This document shows, in pieces, positions 13,952-24,854 of a stretch of DNA of 64,000 nt. The notes under the pieces were generated by a model. The model searched no databases. It saw only the letters and a list, made by a program, of their open reading frames with translations, and was not told the DNA's origin. The stretch is from Pecten maximus. Taxonomy: Eukaryota. Position 1 is the first letter of the stretch. The number at the start of each line of letters is the position of its first letter. Where the stretch lies: NCBI RefSeq assembly GCF_902652985.1, contig NC_047022.1:40176001-40240000 (forward strand), written 5' to 3'. The position numbers and the translations under genes were made by a program.

Positions 13952-14061
13952 CACAGGTGCCTGACTCGTTTTATAAAATAATAACATATAGAGTACATAT
14001 AAATATCTCATTTATATGTACTCTATATGTTATTTTATATTAAACGAGTCAGGCACCTGTG
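13952..14061. mobile_element. Palindromic MITE family A, copy 2 (110 bp, 7-bp TSD AATGGAA)
   Basis: CACAGGTGCCTGACTCG...CGAGTCAGGCACCTGTG; AATGGAA at 13945-13951 and 14062-14068; highly similar to 10577-10688. Confidence 0.9.
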
Positions 14062-14400
14062 AATGGAACAAGAAATGGTTCTTGCAATTGCACCCTAAAT
14101 AATGAAAATAGTAAGCACACTTCATGGATACCAATAATATTCTGAAACCATGTGATAGTGTGTGTCGGCCAGGAAGAACGGTGCAGGAAACTAAAAAATG
14201 TTTTCCTTCAAGAGCTAAAACTAATATCAGAAAGTTTTTTTTAATTTTATCACAGCGAATAGTGAACGTTTGTAACACTTTACTATAGAGAGCGAAGTAC
14301 CAGGGACAGATGTAAACACATTTAATATATTGGATAAATATTGGGCTTTCCAGGAACTTCTATACAAGTGTAGCGGAACTGGACCGGGTCGATCATCGGC

Positions 14401-14472
14401 GACCAGGTAGTTCAATCGGTAGAGCATCCGGCTAGTGTTCGGAGGTCCCGGGTTCGAACCCCGGTCTGGCCG
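14401..14472 (+). pseudogene. tRNA-like cassette in the 5' LTR (anticodon position AGT, Thr-like)
   Basis: Folds as a cloverleaf: acceptor GACCAGG/TCTGGCC (1 mismatch), D stem GTTC/GAGC, anticodon stem TCCGG/TCGGA with loop CTAGTGT, T stem CCGGG/CCCGG with loop TTCGAAC; TTTTT at 14477-14481. Confidence 0.75.
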
Positions 14473-14662
14473 TGCATTTTTCCACTCCTATTAGATTTTG
14501 TGCCTGTGACCAAACCTTGTTTCAAGTGAGGTGAATTCGAATACTTAAATTGACAAGGGGATACCCTGAACCTGGGTTGTGAGTTGTGAAGTCTTCGGGA
14601 TCGAAGACTCAAAAAAATAGGAGGGAAGAGTGTAGCGGAACTGGACCGGGTCGATCATCGGC

Positions 14663-14736
14663 GACTGCAGGTAGTTCAATCGGTAGAGCATCCGGCTATT
14701 GTTCAGAGGTCCCGGGTTCGAACCCCGGTCTGGCCG
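14663..14736 (+). pseudogene. tRNA-like cassette in the 3' LTR (more degenerate; anticodon position ATT)
   Basis: Copy of 14401-14472 with a 2-nt insertion in the acceptor stem and anticodon-arm substitutions; A and B boxes intact. Confidence 0.7.
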
Positions 14737-15259
14737 TGCATTTTCCCACTCCTATTACACAAGTATAAATCCACAACTTTATAAATTAATTAATTAAGAG
14801 GTGACTAGTCGGAATAGAAGGGTAAAACATGTCAAAGGGGAACTTAAAATGTTCAGGAACTTTTTCTTCTGTATCATTATTAATGTCATTAAACATTTGA
14901 TTTAAAAAATTCTGTCAATGAGATGTGGAAGCGTCCAATACCACAGAGATTTGTAATGAAATAACAAAACTGTAATCTTACCCAAAATCGGTAAAAAAAA
15001 AACAAGGCAAAATACAAACAAAAAGTAAGCCTAACATAGCTGTTACTATAAATTTGCAAGGAGATCAGGCCTAATGTCACATATAAGTGGTTATATTTTT
15101 TCTCAGTTGTCTAATTTCAGGTGATGTAGGCCTAATATTTGCCCAAAGCAGGGACATACGTATGTAAGTACGTCCCTGCCCGAAACAAACGGATGGAGGA
15201 AAAAACTAAGTTTATTTAAAAATCCTTAAAATTTCTTTCCTATGGAATTCTGAAATAGA

Positions 15260-15539
15260 CTATAGTCTATGTTGCACACGACTTAGCGCACGTCTGCCGC
15301 AGCCAAGAGCTTGAACTGAATAGGACGTAGGACGTAAGCGGTGTTCGATCGAGTCATGAATGTGGGAAAGGATCTGTAGACATAAACGAAGATTTTATAA
15401 ATGTTTGAGTGTTTTTCGGATTAATAAGTTCATTTGCCACTCATATCTTAAGAGCTGAAGCAATACAGAAACCTAAACAGCGTAAATAATCCGGTTAAAT
15501 TTAGAAACAAAAACAGGAACAGCTCATCATTTTCATTAA
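15260..15539 (+). promoter_or_regulatory. Probable WSB promoter and 5' UTR
   Basis: Local CpG enrichment (15275-15355) immediately upstream of the first coding exon. Confidence 0.45.
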
Positions 15540-15594
15540 ATGAGAAATATCGACGCTCCTTCCAGCTTCTCTGACATCGATGCAGAAGACATCG
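15540..15594 (+). CDS. WSB1: WD repeat and SOCS box protein, exon 1 (MRNIDAPSSFSDIDAEDI, phase 1)
   Basis: ATG at 15540, donor G|GTAAGA at 15595; phase 1 joins exon 2 in frame; resembles the short recalled vertebrate first exon MASFPPRVNEKEI. Confidence 0.72.
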
Positions 15595-16712
15595 GTAAGA
15601 TTTTTATTATTTATATTAATAACCCGGTATTGTTTCTTAGCATGACTCTATTTTAGAATGATCAAGATCTAATATGGTTGTATTACTACCGCCCTAACAT
15701 ATGCAAAACATCGGGAAATATGGGGGTACAGTGCCGCAGTGCGTAAATTAGCAAACTGACCGATTTTTTTTCACAATAATTCTGGAAGGCCTACTGTAAA
15801 GGTTATTTACTACATGGATTTTTGCAAGTGTATAAATGATGACGGTGATACGGTTTGTTTTAATTTTGTTGCTAATTTTGATTTCTTCTGACATTATATA
15901 TAAATATACATGCATAGTTACATGAGGAAATTCTGTCTATTATTTCTTTATCAACACACAAAACATGAAAAAATAACCTACAGCCGTGAATGAAGTCAGA
16001 GTGAGTGATTGAAAATATTTTACGGAAAGACTTTTGAATCCACATTGTAATAACAGTGTTGATTTGCAGACATCATGTTATTTTTGTTGCCTTATGTTTA
16101 CATCCATCAGAGATATATATACATGTCTCTGCATCCATATGGAGCGGTCATTATTAAAAGCAGAATTGGATGTGAAATTGTGAAAATATGTTCCCGATCT
16201 TTCAACCCAGGAATAAAACACAATATTAACAACAGCCAGGTCCTACCATGTGCAGTGATATGTGTGGGCACATCAGGTTATATTTACATTTTCACTGTGT
16301 GTTCTCTACTGTATATGAAGGTGCTAACAAAATTAGCGTTCATTCCTATAGGTGCACAACTAACCTGCCGCGTATGAATACATACAGTACATTGTTGACG
16401 GTGCACATGCAGAAGTGTGAATATAAAATCGCGTTTGATTGCAGATGAAATAATGTTTTATCAACTTTAAAACTTGTTAATAATTGTAGCTGACGCGCAT
16501 CATTTAAAATATCTGTCAAAAAATGTCATTCATATATATATACACCAGTGAACAACAAAAAATAACAATTATTTCTTAAAAAAACTTAAATGTTACATAG
16601 CACTTGTACATCTAACATTATAAGATAGTCTTTGTCAATTTGAAACAAATTTGTAAGAAATGTATTCAAATACCTGAAAGTGTTTAAAATTATGAAGCCC
16701 CACCCTACTGGC

Positions 16713-16812
16713 TAGCCCGTGTTTCCTCTGTCCCTGACAACATGGCACATGCCACACATTTATCTGTCAGAATGTCCAAGTCTGGTGTCAGGGCCAGAGG
16801 AAACTCAGGCTA
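16713..16812. mobile_element. MITE family B, older copy (TIR TAGCCCGTGTTTCCTCTG...CAGAGGAAACTCAGGCTA)
   Basis: About 28-bp imperfect TIRs shared with 36302-36390; flanks CCTACTGGC / GGTACTGCC are a possible degenerate 9-bp TSD. Confidence 0.75.
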
Positions 16813-18846
16813 GGTACTGCCCCAACTTCAACAATTTGAATTGGAAATGCCAGAGAGGATTTGGATGGATTCTATATGTGCAGTGTAAGTGAAAATGGAA
16901 AAAAATATTTTGATTTGATATGAGATGACAGCACACAAATCAAATCACTTTTTACTAACAGCAATTTTAAATGAATTTTAAATAATGACAAGAATAAAGG
17001 ACACTTTGAATGTTTATTTTTTTGCTTACGTTGTTAAAAAAATAGCACATGCTAGGCCTATGATTGTGTTTTCTGATCAACTGAAGGATAAAATTGTAGA
17101 CTAAAAATTCCTTTCTAAAGACAAGCTCATTTATATATGTGTACAATATTGAAAAAGGGAAGTTTGTGATCCATTTTGGGTCTAATTTAGAAAACAGGAT
17201 TGCAGACAAATTGAAACTTAAAAATTGTTTGCATTACTATTCCTTTATAGGACAATTTAGCAGACAGTTTGATCCCTACATTTTCCGTTTAAATTTAAAT
17301 TTCTCTTTATATCTACCAGTAACAGTGGTATATTGAATTCCAAAGTCAAATTTTGTGCTGTCAGTGGGATCTGTTCTTGCGATGTCATACATGACTTCAA
17401 TATTGTATTTATGTCAATATAAATGCAATCTGTTATCTGATAAACAGAATCTATTATGTATACACTAACCAGAAAATCGAAGCAGACCCCTGTGGTTTAA
17501 TCATATTTATGCATATGGGGCTCAGAATGGGCTAGGGGTTGCTAGACTTTGGTACAATTGTACATTTCTTGTCTTTGTATTTTAATCAAGGATGCATGCT
17601 TGTTGGGGATCCTGGGAGGATTTTCACTGCAATTTGGCTTGAAGGTGAAATCCTGTTCTCTCTAATTAACTTCCTCAAAACATCGGTGGATTGCCACTTT
17701 GACACAATCGTGAGTCATATATGTATGTGACTTCACTCTCACTGTTAACATGTCAAATAGACAAGCAATGTATCAATTTCAAGTGTCATAAACTAGAGTA
17801 ACTCATGAGGTCCACAAAGTACACTTGTTTGTTAAAGCCTTGGTAACGGGACACGATGTACGCCTTGGAGAGTAACCCACAACTTCAGGCCATTTGATTT
17901 CACCACCTTATAATAAACAGTCCATGACAGTCATTGACCTAGCTAGTATATACTATACTGGAAGGACATATATATATATTGTACATGGATTAGTATTAAC
18001 TTGCTTTCTATGACAATATCACCTAATAACATAAACTGTTGTCTTCAGCTTTACTTCGAATCTACAATCAATATTTATAAAATAATCAAAGGCCTGAAAG
18101 GCCTGTTGGTCGGATAGACTTAAATGACCTCAGCTGTTACTATAACTTCATAAAACTTCCCAACAACACTCAGAATTGTGTAAACAGAAATTCACAATTC
18201 AAATTCGAAATGACCGACTTGTAAGGATTGAATGGGCAATAGCTGCTCTATTTAATGAAAGCTATGTAGATAATCAAGACATTAAATTCAACAACATTCT
18301 TTATTGATATATTGATTAAAAGAGAGATGCATCAAAACGGATTACTATATATAATACATACATATACTAATTACCCTTAAAAGTTCAAAGATCCAATACA
18401 GCATTGACAATTTATATAGATGTATATAATATTCAACCAGATCCAAATATGCTTTGCTTCACAGTTGAATTAAATTGACAATCAAGAATGCAGTATTTAT
18501 ATCCTAGTGATTAATCTTTATAAACACATGTCAATTTCATAAATTGTTGCTGTTATTTGAATTGGACGACATGCTCTTCGTGCGGTTCAAATACATGTAC
18601 CTAGCAAACTTCACCAAAATACATGTATATGTAGTTGTATCATTACATTATACTCTACATATTAACCGATCAATAATACATAATTAAATAAATACAATAT
18701 TAGCGATTCACCGATTTCATAAATTGACAAATAGTTTATCAATAATTACTAATATTATTAATGTCGCTGTATGAAAAGTTTCATACGTATACACTGTGCA
18801 GTTGTAGCCTTGATATAATTTAGTTATATCGTACACGAGTTTTGAT

Positions 18847-19000
18847 TTAACCCTTTAAGCCCTGATGATGCATTAATGCATCACCGGGCCGGGGCCGAAT
18901 GATGCATTAATGCATCACCGTGCCGGGGCCGAATGATGCATTAATGCATCACGGAAGTAGATTTTTTTCTGCATTTTTTTGAAGTGATGATACAGCGATT
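18847..19000. mobile_element. piggyBac-like terminus (TTAA|CCCTT) with three 34-bp subterminal repeats
   Basis: TTAA at 18847-18850 followed by CCCTTTAAG; perfect 18-bp palindrome TGATGCATTAATGCATCA at 18866, 18900 and 18934. Opposite terminus not found. Confidence 0.55.
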
Positions 19001-19335
19001 TAAATAATCATGACTGATTCTTACTTGAATGAGATAATGTTTGGCAATAAATAATGAAATTAACAATACGTAACACAACTTTAGATGTCTAAATTTACGT
19101 ATAACGTCCAACTTGTTTTAAACTTCTGCTCTCGAGAACTTCCGGTCGGACGGGAGCGAGTAAACAACTGATTTCCCGAAAAAATATATAACGAATCTAG
19201 TTTTTTGTCCTGTGTAATAAAGCTGGGAATGTTCAGGACAGTTTGCAATATGTATTTAAATTGACGTTTTGTACAAATGGTTCACATATTCGTGAATTAA
19301 AAACACAGAAACAACGATACGTTTGATTAATTTAA

Positions 19336-19532
19336 TAGCCCTGGTCAAGTATAGAGTGGTAACTAAGGCGACCCTTTAGGTGAATAGCTGTGGTCAAGTA
19401 TAGAGTGATAACTTAGGTGACCCTTTAGGTGAATAGCTCTGGTCAAGTATAGAGTGGTAACTTAGGCGACCCTTTAGGTAAATAGCTCTGGTCAAGTATA
19501 GAGTGGTCACTTAGGCGACCCTTTAGGTGAAT
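19336..19532. repeat. Tandem repeat, about 49-bp unit (ATAGCTCTGGTCAAGTATAGAGTGGTAACTTAGGCGACCCTTTAGGTGA), 4 copies
   Basis: Directly visible. Confidence 0.9.
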
Positions 19533-20645
19533 TACGTATCTTGACACCAGTAGCCTGGAATGTTATTCGGGGACAATGTTCCTAATTGAAATTAATGTTT
19601 TTCGAGGTGAAATGGCAGGTTCACGCGCCCTAACAAACCCACAGTGTTACACTAGCTAGCCTAGTACGTATACGTATACATATACGGTGACACGTGTATA
19701 CAATGTAACATGAGAATCTCACTTCAGACTCATGACATGATCACTAACTCTTAAAATCAATATACCTTATTAAACTGAATTATCTAATTTTAACTCTACC
19801 ACAGATCATTTATGACCGATATTATCCACGTCCTACCAAACGCACAAGTACATGCAAACTATACAAAGAGAATAGGACAATTTGTAGCAGACGACACACA
19901 TGTAGTGGTACACAGATACACCAACCGGTAATGAACGGTGTACTAATATGTTAATTTGGCTTTTTTTGCTTGTATTTATTCGCGTTTGTTTCATTGTAAG
20001 TACAACAAACAAACAATTGCTAATTTACTTAAAGTTTAATGATTCGTGTGACAAGCAAGTATCAAAATTTCGAATATCATTTTACATGGATCGGAAGTTT
20101 TTGACAAAGAGTAGTGACCCCTCCAACGGAAACACTGAAACCACGTGACCATGTCTGCAAGACAGCTATGGTCTATCCGACCAAAAACTATATTTTTTCT
20201 CTGTTTTATACATGTAAGATATCTATAATTAAAACAAACAAGAAAACTTAGGCAGCTTGTCCTAATTACAGATACAAGTTTGTGATCTTGTCTATGAGCC
20301 ATTTATTTTCTCCTCGTGGATATGATCAAGCCTTGTGATGAGTTATATATTATCTCCTTTAGTTTTTGTCTCAGCTTGCGCTGTAGAATAAATTACATTA
20401 TGACATATCTGTACTTGAATTTGGGTATTGAAATCTACAGTTAGGCCTACCTGACTAAGTGTAACTTCTATACATTTGAGAGGTACTTATGATTAGCACT
20501 GGCAGATTTATGATCATTAGAAAGACTTAACAGCTGGTGTAAAATTATTATGATCATCTCAATTTCATAAATTACCAATTGCCAATTGGTGTACATGTGA
20601 GCTACAATAAATTCAGATATATTTATTATGTGTTAAAGGTCTAGT

Positions 20646-21645
20646 GGTGTGTTCTCCATTTGCCCACTTTTTTTAGAACAAAGAAAAGTGTATACATAGG
20701 AGAACAATGGAAAACCAATTATAGTCAGTTCCATAATAATTTTACCTGTGTTTACCTGTATGATTTACCTGTGCTAAAAAGTGGGCAAAAAGAGAGGTAT
20801 ATTTATGTACCTGAGAAGTGGGGAAAATAACACTAAGTTATAGGTTTTTTTTAATTTTATCATTTATTCGTGAATTTCATCATACACACATCATATTTAC
20901 ATACATATATATATAAGAAAGAACACACATTAGATAGTTAACATATCTACAAACATTATACATAAGCACTGGTAATACATTATAATATATATACTAAAAA
21001 CATTTTTCATACATTTTATATTACATCCTTCAGTTAAAAAAGAACATCATATTCACACATATATATAATATTAGATACATAACATATTAACAAACATATA
21101 TAGCACATTATACATTAAGCACTAGTAATACATTAGCAGTAACATATTGCATTTTTAATAGTTAACATTTTTCAAACATTCTATGTTACATTCTTCAGTT
21201 TAAAAAGAACATCATATTCACATCATTATGCTGACATAAATTTTGAACTGTACAACATCAAATGAAAATACATCTTATTACTTTTAATATTAAACATTAA
21301 TAGCTTTTAAACAATATTTTTTTTTTTTCATATAAAGTACTGTATATTTAAATATAAATACTTATAAACAGGTACATTGCGCATCATAAATAACAACAAA
21401 ATAATAATACTGTAATCAATGTGTATTTTTTCCTATATAAAGTACTGCATAAAATTATACATGTAGCTACTTATATCTTATAGTTCCTTATAGGTATGAG
21501 CCATGTAGCGCAGGTAACACAGGTGAAAATCACAGGTAAATCACAGGTAAAAACAAGGTGAACTACTCTGAAATAGACTATAATCCCTATCACAACATTT
21601 TCCCCATATTGTGATTTTAAAAAGTGGGCAAATGGAGATACAGCC
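20646..21645. mobile_element. 1.0-kb non-autonomous DNA transposon with 8-bp TSD GGTCTAGT
   Basis: TIRs GGTGTGTTCTCCATTTGCCCACTTTT / AAAAGTGGGCAAATGGAGATACAGCC; GGTCTAGT at 20638-20645 and 21646-21653; subterminal inverted TTTACCTGTG / CACAGGTAAA repeats; AT-rich interior with an internal duplication. Confidence 0.88.
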
Positions 21646-22373
21646 GGTCTAGTTTGCAGGACTTGTCATGCCCTAGAGCTATTATACCCTTACTTAGTGG
21701 ACAAGCATATGAATATAATTTAGTTTATAGTTTATATATATATAAATGAATGCAGGCAAAAACAACACCTGTATCTATCCATATTAAAACATTGTCAGAA
21801 GATTGTTCAACATTGTAATTGATATTATGATTTTATATTTATCACAGTTCAGATGCTAATTTAAATTGTTTACTATCTAAAATAAAGAAATGACTTTTAA
21901 ATGTTTCTTTTCCTTTTATATGGTGTTTCTTGTTTTCAGAACAAGTTCAGATACTAATTTGAAGACTTTTCTATTATAACTTTAATATTTATAAATGACT
22001 AAGTGTTTCTTCTTCTTTTATATAGTGTTTCTTGTTTTCAGTTTATTCTCTGTTAAGTATAAGAATTATATATATACAGTAGTATTTTTGGTTCTATACC
22101 AGGTTATCATGGTAAGTCTAGATCTTTCCATGCAGAAGTTGTCCAGGTCATATATACTGTCTTATAATTAACTACATTATTAATTTTGTATACTAGTTAT
22201 TATATCTGGTCTTGAAGGCAGTATTTTTTGTAGGTTTTCAAATTCTTTTTACCTCATTTTGTATTAAAAAAATATATATCGAGGTTTATATTTATCAGAT
22301 ACTGTGTATTTACATTGATACACATCTGATTAGGTTTGTGATCTTGTCTATATGAACCCCTTTCTCCTTACAG

Positions 22374-22551
22374 ATATTCTCCGTCCTTGTGATGAGTTGT
22401 CGCCTTTAGTGACACCACGGGGCCTACCATATGGACGATCAGGCCAGGAGACCTGGTCGTGTGCATGGGCCCCAGACAACTCATACTTTGCCTGGTCCTG
22501 CGGTTCCCGTACAGTACAGCTTGTTCCCTGGGAGAAAAACAAAGGACAGCT
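22374..22551 (+). CDS. WSB1: WSB exon 2 (DILRPCDELSP...GQETWSCAWAPDNSYFAWSCGSRTVQLVPWEKNKGQL)
   Basis: TTACAG acceptor at 22373, GTAAGT donor at 22552; matches recalled WSB1 GRENWTVAFAPDGSYFAWSQGHRTVKLVPW. Confidence 0.93.
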
Positions 22552-22627
22552 GTAAGTCACAAGCATAATACAACTCACTGGGATATAAATTGGTGGGCCT
22601 GAAATGATGAGTAGGATGGCCAATGAA

Positions 22628-22800
22628 AGTGGCCATGGTGAACATTTGCTTTTCACAGAGGTGACCAGCTGGTTCAATTCCTTAATCAAATGTCAAAGTA
22701 TTTGGTCACCATTGGGTCTTTGGGGTTCTTCTAGATCTGGGTATTTGAGTTTCCTTCCACAGTAAGATCCATCACATGCATGCTTAATCCTGGCCAATAA
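22628..22800 (+). mobile_element. Decayed tRNA-headed SINE in WSB intron 2 (possible tail at 23040-23100)
   Basis: A-box-like GTGGCCATGGTG, B-box-like GGTTCAATTCC, then a core resembling GGGTACTCCGGTTTCCTCCCAC (here GGGTATTTGAGTTTCCTTCCAC). Confidence 0.45.
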
Positions 22801-23234
22801 TTTTATATAAGAGTAATCAGTATATGTTGATATTACTTGTTTTGCAGTTGTTTTTGAATGCATTCTAAATTTATCATGAATTTTAAAAATTCATTTGCCT
22901 CTATGTAAACTTATGATTAAAGAAACAAATTAGTACACATCTGTTTTCAGATTTGACCTATAGCATTTTAAAAGTTTACATAGGCTCTACACATGGAGTA
23001 TGACCCATTTAATTTGTTGTTAAAAGATCAACTTTTTATAAAATCCCTGTCCTGATATCACCCTGGCTGTTGCGAAGTTGTTAAACCCATAAAAACAAAT
23101 GATAAAATCATCTTCACATCAGTCATCAAAATGAAATTTTAGCCAAATTTGATGAAAATGATTGGTGTAACACATGATGTCGCCAAAAACCTGTTTCTAT
23201 GTGTTTAATACCGTCATCCTCTCTCTACCAACAG

Positions 23235-23554
23235 GACAGATGAAGCAAAAGAATACAACAGCTGTTCTGAAAGAAGACGTAGATTGGTGAATCAAATAGG
23301 TGAACAACACCTGACCAGCCTCCGACTGATTGAAGATCTGATACGACAAGAAAGAAATGACGTCCATAGTCAACAACGATACAGAGTTCCACGTACCATT
23401 GATTGTGGAGGATTTGTGTCTGCTCTGGCGTTTGGTACAGGGACATCTAAACATGATTATCAGACGATGTGGAAACGATTTAAGTTTGACGATGTCCTGA
23501 TACTTGCTACTGGGTTACTGAATGGAAAGATAAAAACCTGGGACTGCAACACAG
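23235..23554 (+). CDS. WSB1: WSB exon 3 (...TIDCGGFVSALAFG...WKRFKFDDVLILATGLLNGKIKTWDCNTG)
   Basis: CAACAG acceptor at 23234, G|GTAGGA donor at 23555; phases 2/1 fit; LATGLxNGxIKxWD WD40 repeat. Confidence 0.93.
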
Positions 23555-24621
23555 GTAGGAATATCTAATGAAGGATATATTACACCTGGTTCAGATACAA
23601 CACATGTACTGTAGCTTTAGAGTACATAGAGAATTAGTATTTCGCACTATAAATCTGAGAATACAATATAGGTAATGATATGTACAGATTAGGAGTATGT
23701 AGCATGTCTGTCTCACGGTGAGGTAAATAGAGATCTACAGGAGATTTATCTGTTTATAAAACTGTAGTGCACCACAGATAGGAGTTGATAAGATACATGT
23801 GTTGTTTGCAGACAATATCTAGTAGTGATTTTGTTTTTTTTTTTTTCTTCTTCTTTTTTTTTTTATCTTCTGAACTGCATTATGATAGCTTTAAATGTAT
23901 ATACTGTATCTGAACCAGGAAATGGAAATAGTACAGAACTACTGGCATATCACTACAGTCATAGTTGAAAACTTCCAAGTTAGATATTGAAATTATAGTT
24001 CCCTTTAAACTGCAATTATTTACAAAAAAAGTTGACTTTATATTGTCGGGGAATATTGTTCTTTTGATATATCAATTTATTATGATTATCTGATACAGAA
24101 AGCAACAAGACAACACAATACGTATGTATGCGTATGTTTTGGTTGGCTTATAGGACTACTTACTTACTCAGTCTGCAGTACACATTTCTTGAACTTGAAT
24201 TTAACAACATGAACACTATCCATAATAAACTAAATTGTAAATAAATTAAAGGTAATCTTTTAAAACATTGCCTGTAATTTGATAATTAAGGAATTTTTTT
24301 TATTCTTATACAGAAAAAAATAAAGACTCTCAACGGAATGTTATTTCCTATGGACCAAAGACTATTTTAGACTTTATATGTCTGATTGCTGTCTGACCAT
24401 AACATTCATCTTACAAGCTAGTTCAAACCTTAAATTTTCTCAGGGCCTTTGACACGATGATTCAGGAGTTTTCCCCTGGTTTTATTGAGTTAGAGCTCGA
24501 GTTAGAGTTTTGTAGACCTTGAGTTAGAGTTTTGTTAGCATGCTATCTTCTCTGTTGTAGGTAATCTACTGATGGAACTTCGAGTTAGAGTTTTGTTAGC
24601 ATGCTATCTTCTCTGTTGTAG

Positions 24622-24854
24622 GTAATCTGCTGATGGAACTTATTGACCACAGGGACTGTATAAAAGAGATTAACTTTGCCCCAGACAGAAGCTTGTTGTT
24701 TGTTTCTGCTTCTCGTGATGGGACACTGAAAATTTGGGATCTTAATGATGACGGCAATATGACAAAAACTTTACGAGGGAAAGCATCAGTGGCCAACTCG
24801 TGTAAATGGTCTCCAGATTGTAAAAAGATAGCATGTGCTGGAAACAATAAATCA
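24622..24854 (+). CDS. WSB1: WSB exon 4 (NLLMELIDH...FVSASRDGTLKIWDLNDDGNMTKTLRG...AGNNKS)
   Basis: TTGTAG acceptor at 24621, GTAAGT donor at 24855; VSASRDxTLxxWDLxDDGNM is WSB-typical. Confidence 0.95.

Larger units (their letters stand above)
14369..14759 (+). mobile_element. TRIM (miniature non-autonomous LTR retrotransposon) with tRNA-derived LTRs, Helenus-like
   Basis: Direct repeats 14369-14495 and 14631-14759 (TGTA...TACA ends; the 5' copy ends TAGA); 4-bp TSD CAAG at 14365-14368 and 14760-14763; PBS-like TTGTGCCTGTGAC after the 5' LTR; purine tract AAAAAAATAGGAGGGAAGAG at 14611-14630. Confidence 0.88.

Noticed and set aside
14401-14736. Two functional tRNA genes (Thr-AGT and Asn-ATT)
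   Set aside because: Shared non-tRNA flanks, TSD, PBS and PPT show they are LTR components; stems have mismatches and the anticodons differ between otherwise near-identical copies.
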